A DNA stretch of 64,000 nt from Selaginella moellendorffii (taxonomy: Eukaryota; Plantae; Lycopodiophyta), in NCBI RefSeq assembly GCF_000143415.4, contig NW_003314282.1, forward strand, positions 2,036,765-2,100,764. Direction: 5' to 3'. The notes below the pieces were generated by a model that ran no database searches, was not told the origin of the DNA, and saw nothing but the letters and a program-made list of their open reading frames with translations. Made by a program: the position numbers and the translations under genes. Shown here in pieces: positions 59,225 through 64,000 of the stretch (positions are counted from its first letter, which is position 1; every line of letters starts with the position of its first letter).

Positions 59225-60461
59225 CGCCTCTGGCCCGGCGGTTGCCACATGACGCTAAACCCTATTTGAGTATATAATAAAATACTATAGATTGAATTGG
59301 ACTCTCATCCCAATCGCGCGCAATCTTGAGCTAGAGAGAGCCATGCAAAAGTGGATGTCCAATAGATTGTCTAAGGCAGGAACAGTGATCCTAAAATATG
59401 GACCTTTTTGCTCATACTAAAAAAGAAATTAATAAAAGATATAGCTTGAGAAGTAAACCTTCTTCTGGCTGTTCATTTGCATCCTTTGCAGCCGTAGTAC
59501 CTCTTCTCATCTTCAAGCTCCAGAAAAGTGAGAAGAGGTAGTTGTGGCTTGTTGGTGGCCCAAGAGGTTGTTTAAGGAGTAGATTTTCTTGTTGCTAAAA
59601 TAAGAATTGTCAGACTTCTTAAGATGGATCATTCTATGTGGGTGGAAAGAGTGTGGGAAGAGGCTATATTCTTTTTTATGTAGTTTATGTCTTATCTTCT
59701 TTTTTAAGAGGTTGTCTCTTGATGGCCTTTCCCTTTGAAACTTGTCATGCCATCAAGAACTTCAAAGAAAACCTTGTTGGGCCAAAAGACAATCGTTGGA
59801 TGAATGAAAGACTGTTTCTATCACCAAAATTGTATGTGTCAAGTGACCAATGGTTCCATTTTTTCTAATACTTCATTTTGCTGCTTGGTAGAATGGACAT
59901 GAGACTAGAGAACTAGCTTTTTGGCCAGCCGCATGAAACATTTTACTGGGAAAGCTCAAAGTTGCTCTTTCTTTGTACTTCTCTAACAAGAACAGTGTTC
60001 GGAGTGTCATGGCGTGAAATGAACGACGGTGTACGATACAACATTCCAAGGTAATCTGGCAGAATTAAGCGGATTTGCTAACACATTCGGATTACTACGG
60101 GTCATGAGACCAGAGCTCTACTTTGTTATCGAGTTATTGAGCTCTTGAGTTGCATCTTGCTGAGAACGATGCTGAAGGGATAGGTGAGTAGTATTGAGTT
60201 ATACTCAAGAGTTTCTTATAGATCAAAATCAATGGGGATATTGTTAGTTAATCAGGTATGGTTTTCTTATTGTCGGTTTTCTTATTGTCTAGCCGGTGTG
60301 AGGTTTCCTTGGAAAAACCGACCATTCCGTTTGTTTGAAAGGACTCTGTCCGTTGTTCATCCGGAACGAGGCCAAGGAGAAAATGGGAGGAGGAAACAAG
60401 TGGCATTCCTGTGTCGGAGACATCGAGTCTCAGGAGTGACTCTGGTTTTGGCTGGATGTGA

Positions 60462-60464
<3 letters not shown>

Positions 60465-60510
<46 letters not shown>
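60465..60510. repeat. (CT)n microsatellite
   Basis: Directly visible. Confidence 0.95.
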
Positions 60511-61029
60511 ACTCTAATTCTCTATTTTTAATGGTTAGGCTCGGGAGGAAAACTATATTGAACACTTATCCTAGCTTGAGTTGTTCACAAGACTCCATAT
60601 CTGGAGCAGATTATGCGTTATAGGCACCTGGATCCACCCCTTTGCAATTGAGTTTAGATATTTCTTTCATTTATTCATTATGATCCATGGGAATACTCTC
60701 GGGTTTGGGCTTTCTTAATGGTGGAATGGAGAAGCAGCTATAATGGCCCTCGCCCCAACTGGTGGAAGAAATGGATGCATCCCACTGCCAGGCTGATGGA
60801 GAGCCTACTCGTTTACCACCCAAGTTGTTCTTGACCTATGTTTTAAAAGATAGGTGTCTCATGATGGGGGAGCGGATCTCCTTCCCCTAGGTGTCTACTA
60901 CCGTCTCTACAAGCACTAAGGGTAGCTCAAGTATACTGGTGACTATCTTGTAGTGCTGCTTGAAGAATGGAGGTGCCTGCTTGACTTGTAATCTTGTAGT
61001 TTTCTTTTGCTCGTTTAACTGTCACTTCT

Positions 61030-62590
61030 TCTTGGTTTCTGGTACAATCGAGTGGGTTTTTACAAGGCGTTTCTGTTCTGGCAGCCCACCGTCCTGGCTG
61101 CCACACCAGAGGTATGGAAATTCGTGCTCTCCAAAGACAGCTTTGAGACTGGATGGCCAGAGAGCGCTGTTGCGCTCATGGGACGAAATTTGTTTGCGGG
61201 ATTAACTGGAGGGAGTCACTTGAAGCTCCGGAAGGTTACCAAGCACGCTGTGAACAATCCCAAAGCTCTCAAGCAGTATGTTCCCCTCATCGTCAACAAC
61301 ATAAAAGCGTGCCTTGCAAGTTGATCTACACAGTACATGATCATTCTTCTTACCAAGATGAGAAGGGTTACTTCCTCTTTGCGTTAGTTTTCTTGTTGAT
61401 ACTGGTTTTTCTGATATGACAGTTCACGTTTCTAACTGTCCTCTACCTTTATATGGGAAAGACTCCAGTCTCGACGGGAATGAGACTTTCTCCTTGTACT
61501 ACATTGTCAACCAAGGCATTCAGGCTCTCTTCATCAACTTCCCCGGCACTGCCTACAACAAAGCCTTGAAGGTAAAAGCCATACGCATTGTCCTACACAG
61601 CTTTGTGATGTTTTTCCCATTTTCAGGTGAGGTGAAAGCTCATCAAGCTTATCCAGGACGTGATCAACCAGTGAAGAGCTTCTGAAAAGCTGTAGAAAAC
61701 AAGAATTCTTTTGTTGCTCATGGATCAGCTGGATGACAAAGGAGAGGCTCTGGAAGACGCTCAAAATCATAGACGTGCTCAACATGTACATGAACGCTGG
61801 TCACGACTCGACAGCTCATGGCATCAAGTGGCTGATGATTTCTTAAAGCAAAATCCTGATGTGCTTGAGAAAGTAAAGGTAAGCCTTTGCAGTTTCATAC
61901 AAACTTTCCTTCATATAATTTTTCTTCTTTAGGCTGAGCAAAATGACATTTCTAAAAGCATTTCAGAAGGGGAAATGCTCAACCTTTTAGACATCAAAAG
62001 CATGTGCTACCTATCTAGTGTCAGTGCTGGCCATTTTCCCCTATTTTCATTCCTGAATTTGTCTTTTCTTTTTGCAGGTTGCCGATTAAACACTACGACT
62101 TGCAAATATATCTCCAATGGTCTTTAGAAGAGCCTGGGTAGCGTTGAGTTTAATGGTGAGTGTGCATCTTCTTTCAAGTGATTTTCAAGTGATTTGGCAT
62201 GCGGAAAGACAAGTACACATGGATCCATACATCCACCCCGACCCAGAAAAGTTTGATCCAGAGTGCTGCGAGGTACAAAATTCTCAGCCATTCTCTGTAA
62301 CTCTAGCTGGGGTTTTTCACTAGAAATATGGAACATCTCCATCACGTTCATACCCTTCGGGATTGAAAATCGGACTTGTCCTGGTAACGAGCTTGCCAAA
62401 CTTCAATTCAAATCTTCAATGTCATCCATTACTTCATTACTGACTTCATTACTGTAAAGATCTATTATTTGTGCTATTATTACTTTATCTGGGCTTGTAA
62501 GTGGACTGCATTGGATCCCAACAGCAAAGTTTCTTATTAGCCACATCCAGGAGACTTCTATTCTGTAAGAGTTTCAAAACTTCTGTAATT
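61030..62590 (+). pseudogene. Cytochrome P450 CYP88 family (ent-kaurenoic acid oxidase-like) pseudogene
   Basis: GFYKAFLFWQPTV...FETGWPESAVALMGR, NQGIQALFINFPGTAYNKALK, IIDVLNMYMNAGHDST, SPMVFRRA, VHMDPYIHPDPEKFDP and heme motif FIPFGIENRTCPGNELAKL. Premature stops and frameshifts (e.g. stop at 61322-61324). Confidence 0.85.
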
Positions 62591-64000
62591 ATAAAAGAAA
62601 AAAGTAATTTACTGAAATGTACAAGATGATACCCTATGTATTCTTATGCCTCCACTATTCTAATTCGTCTCCATCACTTCTGCATCTGGAAGGAAACACT
62701 ATTTATGATGAAAACTTTGAATTTATGTTTACCCTTTGCTCAGACGGATCTATGATAACATGTTCAAGATAGACTCAAGCAGGTATTTAGAAGTGAACAT
62801 CATGTCTTTAAGGGCAATATATGAGGTGCTTGTGCGGCTCTCAAGTATTAATCTCCTCTTAAGGATATCCTTCAATAGTGAGAAAAAACCTTTAAAATAT
62901 AAATGGAACTTTTTTCTGCTTCTTTCATGTTTGATGGTAGTCAACTAATGAGAAATTAAAGCGTCTGAATTCTACAAGCAGTGTGTAAGGATTGTCCAGG
63001 GAATGAGAAACTGTAAGGTGTAGTATGATATTTTCTTGATAGTAGTACATAGTACTGCCTGTTGTAGCCTTTGTGGCTTTGCTCGACTAAAACACAATGC
63101 TTACAAGGTCAGAATGACAAAAGTAGAGATTTTCTAATAGATGTCATTCTGTTGCCACTTCACTCTCAAACAATGAAATCAGATAAATGAGTCACCCAAG
63201 ACAAAATGTGGAAGAAGAATAGAATTGGAATCATCACTTTTGCAAATACCCACACAGACATGTATCCTCGCAAGAGGAAGTGATCTAATATCAGTTGCAT
63301 TGCCTGACACTAAACTAGGTGAGGCAAAACTTCTATGAAATATAAATTCGGGAGCTTCCTTCAAATGGCTTGTGGTGGGAGGGAGCATAGAAACATGAGT
63401 TTGGGCCATAGAGGTCACCATTTCAATCTTATTATTAAATGGTCCTTAACAAATGTGTTGCAGAACAAACACACTGACACTACAAATTCATGCAAATAAT
63501 AGTGATCTGGATATCCTACAATACAATCTCCCTTTTAATAGTCCAAACTGGCACATTATTGCATAGAAGAAGCTGAGACCTTGTAATGCTGAATAGTGAA
63601 TTTTAAATATTGAAAAAAAATAATTAGATTTTTAGTTAAAAACAATATAATGGATTTGGTATTTGAAGCAAAAAAGAAAATATAAGAGAGGTTCTACTCT
63701 TTTGAAATACAAATTAGTATTAATATCAGAAAGTAATTTTTTCCTGATACTTAGAGAAATCTTTGGTGGTGATATATATATCACATGCAATTCTTGAGAA
63801 TATCACAAAAATATCATTATCTTTTGAGAATATTTAGAAGTAAGAAGATTTTTCTAAATCATTTTTAGTTTTCAGAGTAGAGTTTCTATAACATCCATCT
63901 TTAAATTAATATAAATCCCAGCTGTAAATATGTGAATATATGTTCTTTTTTATTATTTTCTTTGGAAAACATTTTCTATATTTTGTATTATATGTGATAA

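Noticed and set aside
59239-59253. RFX X-box-like half site GTTGCCAC and an AACCG upstream of the SPATA4-like ATG
   Set aside because: Plants are not known to have RFX, and the motifs are too short to distinguish from chance.

Overview
Eukaryotic land-plant DNA with very short GT-AG introns (about 44-60 nt) and one 100-N assembly gap. The tiny introns, flagellar genes and CYP88/AAE/PAP plant gene fragments point to a flagellated-sperm plant, most likely the lycophyte Selaginella (inference). After manual splicing, all five apparently intact genes look ciliary or centriolar: HYDIN (5'-truncated, to 13465, +); SPEF1 starting 155 nt later (+); a compact CEP295/Ana1 N-terminal-like gene (-) head-to-head with a divergent centrin-like EF-hand gene (+); and a large gene with an N-terminal SPATA4-type CH domain (about 52141-59224, -). 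The 24-51 kb interval is a transposon graveyard: a TRIM-type LTR array, Helitron relics with hairpin+CTRR termini, Rep/PIF1 and RPA70-like sequences, a Harbinger relic, and fragments of AAE, purple acid phosphatase, SKIP16-like and kinase genes, some shuffled as direct or inverted duplicates. A Ty3/gypsy relic lies at about 15.6-17.4 kb and a CYP88/KAO-like pseudogene at about 61-62.6 kb. The main candidate novelty is a physical cluster of motile-sperm central-apparatus and centriole genes, including a plant CEP295-like gene. All homology calls are by eye against recalled sequences; no searches were run.
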